This document shows, piece by piece, positions 10,768 to 22,125 of a DNA stretch of 64,000 nt; the stretch's first letter is position 1, and the number at the start of each line of letters is the position of its first letter. The notes under the pieces are model-generated. The model had not been told where the DNA came from. It searched no databases and saw nothing but the letters and a program-made list of their open reading frames with translations. The DNA comes from Azolla caroliniana (lineage: Eukaryota > Plantae > Polypodiophyta): assembly GCA_043228905.1 (NCBI GenBank), contig JBHGNT010000018.1, positions 3,286,001 through 3,350,000 on the forward strand, written 5' to 3'. A program made the position numbers and the translations under genes.

Positions 10768-12071
10768 TGTTAGAGACATAGACTAATGTAAGCATTAGAT
10801 AAGGATAGAATATAGATAGAATCTCAAGGTTGTTAGGTATAGTACGGATACCAAACGTATTTAACATATTAATACCCGTATAATACCTCCCAATTTAAAA
10901 ATACGTTAAATACGTTTTCTTAATATGTTAAATACTTATAAAATACGTAAAGTACGTAAAATACGTATTTTACGTATAGTACGTTAAATACTTCTAGAAT
11001 TTGAAAATTATTTACCTTTCTAAAAAATATCTATAATATTTGTAAAAAACATCTATGTTTACACAATTTTGTGATGTACAATATAGTTCTACATCCTAAA
11101 ATGCATATAAGACATTTGAACATTTCACATCCTAAAATACCTATAGTAATATGGATGTTGGCATTCCCTTATTCTATAAATCAGTGTAAGTGTGTATCGC
11201 GATGTTCTACTTCAAATTGTAATTATTTACAATTATGCCTTCATAGATTCAGGAATCGTCTACGATTATCACACTCATGATAGGTTTCTCTTTTCTTCGT
11301 TTTCTGCTTTTGCTTCTTCTTCTATCTTCTGCAATTATCACACTCAGGACAGGTTTATATCTTCTTTTCTCTCTTCTTCTTCTTCATCTTCTTCATCATC
11401 ATCTCTTCTATTCTTCTTTCTTCCTTCCTTTGGCTTCTTTTTCACTAAAATCTTTTTTTTCTTTTGCTTTTTGTTAGTGTTTTACTTACATTTTCTTTAT
11501 AAATACGTATTATACCTATTTTTTTATAAATACATTAAATACCGCATTGGACAACTGTACATGATATTTGACTGAACAACATTGAGGTATAGTATGTACT
11601 ATACAAATGATGAGGTATTATACGTATTTAAACGTTAAATACAGGTACGTAAACAACCATGAGATAGATAGAAAGAAAGGAGAGAGAGAAAGAAGGGTGT
11701 CGATCCACCCGACCACCCCCGAGCGAAGGGATCAAGATGGACTCAAACCTCGATCAGCATCCCATACCACCGTCGTGGCGTCGAGTCGTACCTGGTGTTG
11801 GCGCACTGCTACAAGAGTTGACCCACCACAAGACAGAGTCTCGACGTAGTCAACAAGATGAGGAAATGAGGGTAGTTAGGCCTCTTATTTATAGTGATAC
11901 CCAAGGCCCCCAGGCAAGTTCACACTTGGCCTAATGGGTTGTCTCAATCCCGAGGATTAAAAGTAATCATCCCCTTCTTGACACTCTTGTTTAACCCTCA
12001 CACTTATCCACGTGTATAAAATACTATGGTAAATTCTGACCACGAGATATTATATGGTCATGCCCGTAACA
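10768..12071 (-). repeat. 3' LTR (interrupted by an 845-bp TIR element)
   Basis: Matches 18158-18613 once 10821-11665 is removed. About 25 substitutions in the ~380 bp compared by eye (~93% identity), mostly transitions. Confidence 0.95.
10821..11665. mobile_element. Non-autonomous TIR DNA element (MITE-like) inserted in the LTR
   Basis: Absent from the other LTR. TIR ATCTCAAGGTTGTT / AACAACCATGAGAT (13/14). Subterminal clusters of AATACG(T) motifs at both ends. AGATAGA flanks both sides, but the TSD length is ambiguous inside a (TAGA)n tract. Confidence 0.85.
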
Positions 12072-12085
12072 TACTCCCCCTCTTT
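12072..12085 (-). promoter_or_regulatory. Polypurine tract (PPT)
   Basis: Minus strand AAAGAGGGGGAGTA immediately before the 3' LTR. Confidence 0.85.
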
Positions 12086-12109
12086 AAAACATTGCACTCT
12101 TGCAATGGA

Positions 12110-15100
12110 AAGTTAGGGAAGTTAGTTTTGAGAGTACTTTCGCGTTCCTATGTGGCATCTTTTATTGATTTATCCATCCATTTTATTTTAAATTCTCGGA
12201 TTTCTTTAGTACGTAATTTTTTTGTTTTAATATCAAGAATTCTTTCTGGTACATGTGGTTTAGAAGATAATTCTTCAGAAGTAACCAAAGTTTCAGTTGT
12301 AACTGTATTGTCGCCAGAACCTAGAAGTTCTTTTAGACGACTCACATGAAAAAACTGGATGAATTTCAACACCATCTGGAAGAGCGAGACGAGGATGATG
12401 ACCCAATGCGTTTGAGGATTGGAAAAGGTCCACAAAACTGTGGGGCTAACTTAGCGCACTTACCCTTAGACAATGTCTTAGAATTATGAGGTACACGTAA
12501 AAATACCTTCAGTCCAGGTTTGAATACACGAGGTTGCCTATTATGATCGGCATTAAAACATGCTCTATCTTGAGCTGTTTTTATATTATCTCGTGCAATA
12601 TGCAACATATCTTGCATATCCCGAAGAAAGTTTTGCATACTTCGCAACTCATCATGATGTATATTAACATCAATCGGGGCTCGTGGCTGAAAACCATACA
12701 TCAACATAAAAGGATTATATCCTGTCGACGTATGCTTGGAGTTGTTATAAGCAAACTCCAAAATTGGGAGATAACGTTCCCATTTTGTTGGTTTTGCACC
12801 AACGTATGCACGAAGCATGTCCTCAATAATTTGATTTACTGGTTCTATTTGTCCATCGGATTGAGGATGATCCATGGAGCTCATGCTCAACGTAGTTTCT
12901 AACTTCTTAAAGACTTGCGTCCAGAAGTCACTAGTAAATTTTGGATCTCGATCACTCACAATATCCATCGGTAACCCATAAAAACAAAATAACTCGTCAA
13001 CAAATTGGTAAGCCAATTCAGGAGTTGTTACCGTGGTTTTAGTAGCAATAAATTTGGCCATTTTAGTTAGTCTATCAACCACAACCCAGATGGCATCATG
13101 ACCTTTTTGGGTGCGAGGAAGGCTAACAATAAAATCCATGGATATACTTTCCCACTTATTATTGGGAATGTCCAAGGGATGTAAAAGTCCTGCAGCTTTA
13201 AGTCGCTCGGCTTTGTTAACCTGACATTGGTGACATTTAGTCACATACCTATGTATGTCAGGGCGCATCTTTGGCAATAGAATTGAGTGGAGATGAGAAC
13301 GAGTGTATGATGTAATCCAGGGTGCCCTGATGAGAGTGCATCATGGCATTAAAAAAGAATCCTCTTTTTGACCTCGGGTAAATTTGGAACACAAACCTTC
13401 CCATTATGGTAGAGCAGACCGTTAGCAATGTGGAAGTATTCCTTTGAGGATGTGGTGGTGTCTGTTCCAAACTCAACTCTTGCCTAGTATTTTGCGAAAT
13501 AACAATCATCATGATACTTTCCTCGAAGGTGATAATAAAGATCTGATGTTATTTCAGTGAAGCTAAGCATGTTAACTTAAGGGATGCGATTTAGTGCACC
13601 AACAACAGTGTTCATGGAACCTTTACGATATCGTATGGAAAAATCAAAGTCCTGGATGAGATTAGCCCATCGTGCCTTACGACCTTTCAGGTCTGGTTGG
13701 TCACAAAAATATTTCCAGGACTCATGGTCCGTAGTTACCACAAAGTGATTTCCATAAAGATAATGGCGTCATGTTTTGAGCGCATGTATAACTGCAAATA
13801 ATTCCTTTTCTTGAACGGTATACCGACATTGAGCAGAATCAAGTTTCTTACTCTCGAATGCTATTGGTTTACCATCTTGATATAAGACAACACCTATAAC
13901 ATAATCGCTTGCATCGATTTCAACCTCAAAAAGTTTTGATGGATCGGGTAAAAGAAGTGATGGAGCCTTGCACACTAGGTCCTTAAGTTCCTTAAAAGCG
14001 AGGTCTAGTGTAGCATTCCAGACAATAGGTTTTGTAGACTTACGCGTTTGACCTTTTAGAAGATCAATAAACGACGTAGTCAATTGGGAGTAATTACTAA
14101 GGGATTTTCACAAAAACCCGACAAAACCAAGGAATGATCGAACTTCTCGAATATTCCGAAGAGTGGGCCAAAGCTTGATTTTCTCGATGCGAGAAGGATC
14201 AATTTCAACTCCTCATTCGGTTATGAGATGTCCAAGATAAGTAAGTGATTTCTTGAAGAACTCACATTTTGAGATCTTCGCATAAAACTGTTTGTCACGC
14301 AATGTTTATAAAACAAAGCGGACATGTTTAGCATGTTCTTTTAATGTACGGCTATAAACTAAAATATCATCCAAGAAAATAACGACAGATTTTCCAAGTT
14401 GTTCTCGGAAAATGTCATTCATTTCTTGTTGAAATGTACCCGGAGCATTGGTCAAACCAAAAGGCATAACCAAAAACTCATAATGGCCATAGCGTGTACG
14501 AAATGTCGTTTTAGGAACATCGTCCTCACTTATACGAATTTGATAGTAGCCAGTACGTAGATCAAGTTTCGTAAAATACCGAGCTCCCTAGAGACGGTCA
14601 ATTAGATCATCAGCCTGAGGCAATGGAGACAAATTCTTGATCGTCACTTTATTCAAGCGTCGGTAATTAATACACATACACCATATGCCCTCTTTCTTTT
14701 TAACCAAGAGAACTGGTGCACCTCATAGAGATTTACTATAACGTATATAACCCATTCGTAAATAGTCCTTGAGTTGCTTAGATACCTCATCCTCTTCGGA
14801 TCGACTTAAGCGATAAGGAGGTATACCTATTGGTGCAACGCCAGGTACAATATCTATACGATGGTCTATATTACGTTTAGGAGGTAACCCATCTGGTAGT
14901 TCACTCGGAAAAACATCACAAAAATCATTTAAGTTTTCATCAAGTTGTTGTTGTTCAAAATATGTTAATTGAACCGAGACATTATCGATATTGTAAACGT
15001 CAATGTCCGGATCAAGTACACAATAAAATAGAGTAGAACAAGACAACTTGAATATTGATGGACACGAGGAAACAATCGAGAGGGATTGTTTTTTGACACA

Positions 15101-16575
15101 TTGAATAAAATGAGTACAATCGTTCAGTACAAAAGTTATTGAATGATGAACCCAAACAATAGATAAAGAAGAGTTTTTATTATAAAACCAGGGATAACCT
15201 AGTATTACATCAGTGGTACAAAGATTCATTACATGGAAGTCTACTTCCTCTATATAAGTATCAATAGAAATTCCTAATGAATGAATCACCCCGTTGATGT
15301 ATTGTACTCTTCCATCAACCAAGTGCACCGTGTAGGTGTGATCACTTACGGTGGGCTGGATTCCCCATATCTGAACCAAACGATCATTGACAAAGTTGTG
15401 TGAGCTTCCCGAATCAAATAAAAATTGTACGAGACATCCATTGATATACCCGTTTGCACGTAGTAAATCATTGGGACCCAATACATAGTGAGGGAAAGAA
15501 CATTGACAATTACTTAAATGATGTGTATAGACCTAAAGGACATTAGGAATCTGACCTTTATGGTCTGCAGCTTTAGCTTTGTTGTCGTGCTCTTTTTGTT
15601 GGAGCTTTCGACATTGCTCTTTGGTATGACCCTTCTTTTTGCAGAATACACAAAAAGGATGTTGTCGCTTACAATCCCGATCCATGAATTCGTTGGGTGT
15701 CTTGCGTTTCCCAGCGAATTGCGACTGCTTAGTCCCGGGCACTTCGTTGGGTTTGTTGTGGTCCTTATTCGAAGTGCGTTGATAGCGAAGAACTATTTCA
15801 ATGGCCTCTTCGAAGGATTTTGGATCCTTATCATGCACTATCTAATGATAGTCCGAATTGGGGATGCCATTGACAAAACAATTAACCAATTGTCCCCTTC
15901 TAGACCCGATTTTTGGATTTGGGTTCTAGCATGGTGGACATAGTCTTCTAGCGAAGAAAATTTCCTGTTAGAGAGGTTCATTAAAGCTTGAGTTGCCTTG
16001 GTTCGAGAGGGAGGTTGTAGAATTTGGCCCTTAAAAACCGTGACAAAATCTGTCCAGGTATCGGGCAATTTCCCCAAAGTACGAAGCCCACGCCACCAGG
16101 AGGCGGCCTTACCCCCTAGTTCTCAGCCGACATATGCAATCTTTGTACTATCTGGCGTGGGATAGAGCTCAAAATGAGACTCCCATCGGCCCAGCCACGT
16201 GCAGATTGCTTCTTCGGTTCTTTCCTTTTTTTCTCTCATAAATGGCTTAGCGACAAATGATAGTTTACCCTATCGCTCATCAGGTCTATTAGTCTCAGGT
16301 TGTAAAGTAATGACACGTGCCTCAAGAGCACTTTGAGATTGCCGAAGTTCGGTCATCTGTTGAGCAGTGAAACTAATGTATTGGGTTATTTGCGAAAAAT
16401 ACATCTCAATGGACATTTGTCCAGGAGGATTTCCTTGAGTTCCTTCCGCTTGAGCGGATGACATCGAGTCATTATTTTGAGCCATTAAATGATTATTTCT
16501 GGAAAAGAAATAGGATAAGGTCAGAGAGATAGTCATAACATCATGTCGTGATGTAAACATATCATGGGCAAACAT
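12110..16575 (-). pseudogene. Chromovirus gag-pol with multiple stops and frameshifts
   Basis: Gag knuckle CVFCKKKGHTKEQC. Protease [38 protein letters not shown] and [10 protein letters not shown] (~14360-14720). RNase H EIDASDY..EKELFAVI. Integrase ISMDFI, IVSDRDPKF and HPQSDGQ, with a GPF motif. Chromodomain PERILDIKTKKLRTKEIREFKIKW. Confidence 0.95.
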
Positions 16576-17668
16576 TAATCGATATCATGATCTCACGTCA
16601 ATACCCCTCTAGACGTATGAGATGAGGTTCAAGATCAGGTTACTATGGTAACACAAAGGTGTTTTAAAAACCATGGGGGTGACAAATTCATGGCTTTCCC
16701 TAATCTCTATATCGATTTTTTCATGGAGACTCCCCGAGGCTCAACCATGTATGTTCGCGTCATGAATAGTTTATACACGAAAAAAATGTTAACAATAAAC
16801 TATGTTTCGGTGCCCACATATGTGGTTTCGGCTCTTTAAGTCCTATTACGAGGACCCGGAAGTGCACTTAGACCTCAAGTCTAAACATGTGTTATAGTCA
16901 TATGTATCAACGATGTTGTATGGTCTTGATCATATTTGAACTCGAGACCTTGAGAACAAATACATTAAACACTTGAGCCAACCAAGTAGATTGTTCTTCT
17001 TTGAATGTTTAATGTTTCATGCGTGTAAGAGATATGCAAGGCATTTGCCCATATATGTTTTTTTAAAAGAAACATATATGTCTAGAGTCCTTATTTCCCC
17101 CTCGTTTACCACAAAATATGTTGGTACGTTACCTAACCTCAAGTCTTGTAATTACAATGGCATACGCCAAAGTGCAACCTAATGGTCAAGCCAAATGAGC
17201 CCTCTTTTCGTAGTAGGCCCACGTGGCCCATCACATGGTCACGTCATTACGAATATCTCTCGTAAGAATGATCTCATGGTGGCATCGTATCCATGTAATG
17301 AGGGAGGGATGTTGGATATGTGTGTCATAGGAGCAACCTCACATGAAGTGGGTCAAGCCCTACGTACTCAACATCATTATGGCTATAGGCATTTCTTTAT
17401 GTAACGAAATATCGAAGTCACCAACGGGGATTTCAACAATAAAAAATTGTTGAAAAAAGGGATGGTGACAATGCTATTCTCACAAAAATGTGAGGACGGC
17501 TACCAGGATCCTTTCCCCGAAAAGGAAAACATTCGATTTAAAATCACGTAATAACTTATATACACATATGTATATTATCACATATATACAATCAACTACG
17601 TATACATGTGACCACATATGCCTATATTAAACAAATCGTTATATTTAATAGCCAAAAATGACATAATC

Positions 17669-17911
17669 GAGATATATACCTCTACACACACGAGATATCC
17701 AGAAATAAGGGTTAATCGTAATATGCAATTGAGGTATTGACCTCTTATGCATACGAGACCAAACACATATCATTTACAACGAATCAAGGTATTGACCTCA
17801 TACGCAAACGTAACATATGTTTGTGAACGTAATACACAATTGAGGTATTAACCTCGTGCGCATACGACACTCATCACATATTCAATATATGTCAAATGAG
17901 GTATTGACCTC
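17669..17911. repeat. Array of 14-bp palindromic motifs GAGGT-ATTG-ACCTC with a 55-56-bp period in the chromovirus leader
   Basis: Copies at 17731, 17786, 17842 and 17898, plus a degenerate copy at 17669. Confidence 0.85.
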
Positions 17912-18143
17912 ATACACATATGTAAACGTTTTATACAACCAATGAATTATCACTACAACATCATTGAATTAATGAAAAAAATCTACATATTAACCATACA
18001 CATGATTAGATTGGGAAAAGAAAGAATAGAAAAAACAAGAAAGATTACCGAAGTTCCTTTGTTAATCCTTGTCTGCATGAAGGTCGACCGCACATAGATC
18101 GATCGCCATCAATCAAGAACAAAAAAGAAACATTAGAAAATGA

Positions 18144-18155
18144 GCTCTGATACCA
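18144..18155 (-). promoter_or_regulatory. Primer binding site for tRNA-iMet
   Basis: Minus strand TGGTATCAGAGC, 2 nt after the 5' LTR. Confidence 0.92.
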
Positions 18156-18157
18156 AT

Positions 18158-18613
18158 TGTTAGAGACATAGACTAATGTAAGCATTAGATAAGGATAGAA
18201 TATAGATAGATAGATAAAACGGAGGAGAGAAAGAAGGGTGCCGATCCACCCGATCACCCCCGAGCGAAGGGATCGAGATGGACTCGAGCCTCGATCGGCT
18301 TCCCATACCACTGTCGTGGCGTCGAGTCGTACCTGGTGCTGGCGCGCTCGCTACAAGAGTTGATCCACCACAAGACAGAGTCTCGACGTAGTTAACAAGA
18401 TGATGAAATGAGGGTAGCTAGGCCTCTTATTTATAATGATACCCAAGGCCCCCAAGCAAGTTCACACTTGTCCTAATGGGTTGTCTCAATCCCGAGGATT
18501 AAAAGTAATCCTCCCCTTCTTTACACTCTCATTTAACCCTCACACTTATCCACGAGTATAGAATACTACGGTAAATTTTGACCACGAGATATTATATGGT
18601 CATGCCCGTAACA
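18158..18613 (-). repeat. 5' LTR (456 bp)
   Basis: TG...CA termini, adjacent to the PBS, with a TATAAATA box on the minus strand. Confidence 0.95.
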
Positions 18614-18960
18614 CTACCTGTTTGCGCTTCTGAAAGAAATGGCGGAACACACCCATGGTGACACGAGGAAGTGCCCTGAGGTGGAATTACCAGCCCCCAC
18701 GCTGCCTGTTTCCTACTCACCCTCCCTTCGTTGTAGGCCCAGGAGTCGGCTAGTACTGGACGACATGGAAGGGCACCGCTTTTAGCTATAGGTATCTACT
18801 TACATTAAGTAGTCAGTTCGAAAGACTATGTACGTAATCTCATTTTCTTGAACTTGGTCGGAGGGTAACTCCCCGAATTGTGTATAAGCCTCCTTGTATA
18901 GTCTCTTTGTAATAATCCTTCCTAACTAATGGGAAAGTAGCTTCATTTTGGAAAAAAAAA
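18614..18960 (+). mobile_element. Sense 3' segment and A-tail of the twin-primed L1 insertion
   Basis: The + strand encodes LRF*KKWRNTPMV..WNYQPPRCLFP (ORF2 C-terminus), then a 3' UTR and A9. Right TSD AAAACACATAACTTTT at 18957-18972 matches the left TSD at 15/16. Confidence 0.87.
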
Positions 18961-19746
18961 CACATAACTTTTTGTCACATCATAGCATAAATATGCTTTA
19001 GAAACATAAAATTTCGAATCATCATAAGCGACACACAACACACGTGGAATTGAATGGCAATGTGACCTACACAAGTTTGGTTGTGCTTTAGGATCAGGAT
19101 GAATTTTCTATTGAACACTTGAACAGCTCGTGTAACCACATATATGTGTGATTCATTCATTAGCACGATGTCCACTCATTCATTCATAATAGAATTACTA
19201 GATGTTATGTTACTTTCAAATACATACAAAATAGCTTGTTGCCAAAAATGGACACATATATGTGGTTACAAGAGCTGTTAAAGGATCAATGTTTATTGTG
19301 AAGATTAAGATAAACAACATGTTGATTTCGTTTAGGTGTTAAACGATCACAAGCGCTTGTACAACGAGAATGCACAGGAATCCGGGCAACAAGCAAACAA
19401 GTAATTTTTCAATACTAGAAGAAAGCAAACAATGAAGACATGGAAAAAGCATGAGCATGTACTAAGAAGAAGATATATAATGAGAAGAAGAAGACACATC
19501 ATACAACATGTCACAACACAACTATATTTTCTCATAATATCTCACTACATATATTATAAATTATAATCATAGATTGACACATGCATGATATTCGTAATAT
19601 CAAGCGTTTTGCAAAATAAATTTACATAATAACAATTAATTAATTCACTAAAACAAGAACAATCACTCAATTATAGATTATAAAAGTGTGATTAGTGTAA
19701 AGTCTTCTTTTTATTGTCAAATAAAAAAAGCGAGAGTTTATGAACC

Positions 19747-20133
19747 TTTTTTTTTTCTTCCAAAATGAAGCTACTTTCCCATTAGTTAGGAAGGATTATT
19801 ACAAAGAGACTTTACAAGGAGGCTTATACATAGATCGGGGAATTTCCCTCCAATCAAGTTCAAGAAAATGAGACTAGTTACATCACCTTTCGGACTGACT
19901 ACTTAATGTGAGTACCTATAGCTAAAAACAATGCCCTTCAATGATGGCTAGTAGGAGACAACTCCTGGGGTCGACAGTGAAGGGAGGGTGGTAAGTGAGT
20001 CGGAAACAGCCAGCATGGGGGCTAGTAGTTCCACCTCGGGCCATTTCCTCCTTGTGTCACCATAGGCGTGTTCCGCCATTTCTGCCAAAAGCGCAAACGG
20101 GCAATAACCACGTCATTGGAATGGCTGCAAACC
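19747..20133 (-). mobile_element. 5'-truncated LINE 3' end of the same family as 18614-18960
   Basis: Reverse-complement homolog of 18620-18960. Encodes VCSHSNDVVIARLRFWQKWRN..WNY. T-run tail at 19747. No clear TSD. Confidence 0.85.
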
Positions 20134-21816
20134 TAATATTTTTATTAGGTTTAACCTAATATTTTTTATATCTATTATAAAAATATAATTAATGTCAAGC
20201 CCACTTTTTAACGTTAGATAAAAATATCCAAAATTTTTGGGAGAGTAAAAAGTGGGGAATTAATGAACCTTTATTTTATTTTTAAATAAAACGAATACTT
20301 TTTTACTCTATTATAGAAATATTATTAATATCAAGTTCCCTTTTTATTGACAAGTTCCCTTTTTTATACCTAGGAGACTAAAAAGGAGGGAGTTTATGAA
20401 CTCTCTTTTTTTATTTTTACAAACACAATTTTATGCATCCGGATATGTATTCGTCGTGTGCATTCATGGGAGAGGATAATTTAGAAAATTGAAAGTATAA
20501 GTAGTCCACAGCATAGAAACAAAAAACAAAAACTTGTGTAAGTAAATACAACGACGTTATTACTGTGCATCATGCAATTTCAATTGGCATTTCACGAAAA
20601 TATATGCTTCAAATACTAACTAGTAATGGATCTAGCTTCACATCTTAATGTGTGATAAAACATTGTTGTATGTGGTCAACACTAAATGCACGTATAGTCC
20701 ATCAAGAGGTTAGAAAAACACAATTTATTATATTAGTGTAAAGTTCACTTTCAAAACATTTTAGTCACTTGAGCTCATTAAACTTTTCATTTTTTTAAGT
20801 CGCGTTTTGTGGGGTTTCAAATTGTTCAGCATCTTCCGAAAAGCGTGCATTTTTTTCAATCATTGTAATCCCTTGTTTGGTTTTAAAGACTAATGGCCTC
20901 TTGAAAAATGCTAATATATTTGAGTTTCTTGCTTCCTTTCAACAACATAGTTATCTTAAAACCATGGCACACGCGGGCTACCATGCAAATACGTTACAGA
21001 CTTGGACTACATTCAAGTTCACTTAAGATGAGTACCAATAATCAATAGATTTATGTTTTTTGAAGGATTTCCGTGCAAGCCTAGGATTTGCTTTGTTGTA
21101 TCTAATGTATAAGATATTATGGGGGGTAAGTCATCCATGACGTGTATCTATTATGTTTTGACATAGCCTACCTACTTCCTACATTTTGACAACAAAAATG
21201 CTATCTATGTCATGGGGGAAACGAGAAGTCGAACACGTCTGTTGGAGTCCATTTTCCAAGGGGTACATGGCTCTCCATCAACACCAATATGTTATTCAGG
21301 TTAATAGCGGGACGAGTGCAAGATTTGACATGCACGATGTATTCAAGTTAAGAGTGGGGACGAATGCAAGCATTGACATGCTAGATGTTGAATGGAGCCA
21401 GACGACTCAATGTTTTATTTAGAGGAGTTATGAAGATTATAAAAAAAGAAGTCAAGGGGTTTTGATGGAGTCAGGTGGTTGCAAAAGTCAGTGCCGTCCA
21501 TCAATAGGTCATGGAGTATGTGACAAATTGCATCCGACTCAACTCACACACTCTCTCATGTGCCAAATTTGGTCTTAAAAGACGTTAATATATAGGTATA
21601 TAGATATATAGATATATATATCTTTCTTTTCTCTAGGTGTCTTTCTCTTTGTCACATGTATCATGATAATTCACATTCTTTATCGCGAGAGCACCACCTT
21701 GCGATTTGCATGGAGGACCCCGCACGAAGGAAGAAGAAAGACAAGACAGACCAACATCCTTTACAGGAGCAGAATTGATGTAGAATATGTATTAATGTAT
21801 GTATTATACATAGATA

Positions 21817-21854
<38 letters not shown>

Positions 21855-22125
21855 ATTGAGACGAGGAGAAAATTTTAAGTGCCTTAAACAAGAGATTTTC
21901 TATACAGAGAAACAGAGCATGTGGACATGAACACGTTTGCAGCTCCCTTATCACATAACATACATACATAAGCAATATGCAACAGAGCTACATATATATA
22001 TATATATATATATATCATATATGTATATATGTATATGTAAGACGAAGAAAAGAAAAGAAAAAGATAGACTGACAGACTGATTCCCTCTCTTTCTCCTGCT
22101 TCCTCCCTCCCTCATCCATCCATCC

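Larger units (their letters stand above)
10768..18613 (-). mobile_element. Full-length degenerate Ty3/Gypsy chromovirus LTR retrotransposon, 5-bp TSD CTACC
   Basis: TG...CA LTRs at 10768-12071 and 18158-18613. TSD CTACC at 10763-10767 and 18614-18618. tRNA-iMet PBS and PPT present. Domain order gag-PR-RT-RH-IN-chromodomain. Confidence 0.96.

Noticed and set aside
11192-11575. 127-aa Ser/Phe-rich ORF
   Set aside because: It is a (CTT)n tract inside the TIR element.
17669-17911. CRISPR array
   Set aside because: Eukaryotic retrotransposon context, 14-bp repeats, mutually related spacers and no cas genes.
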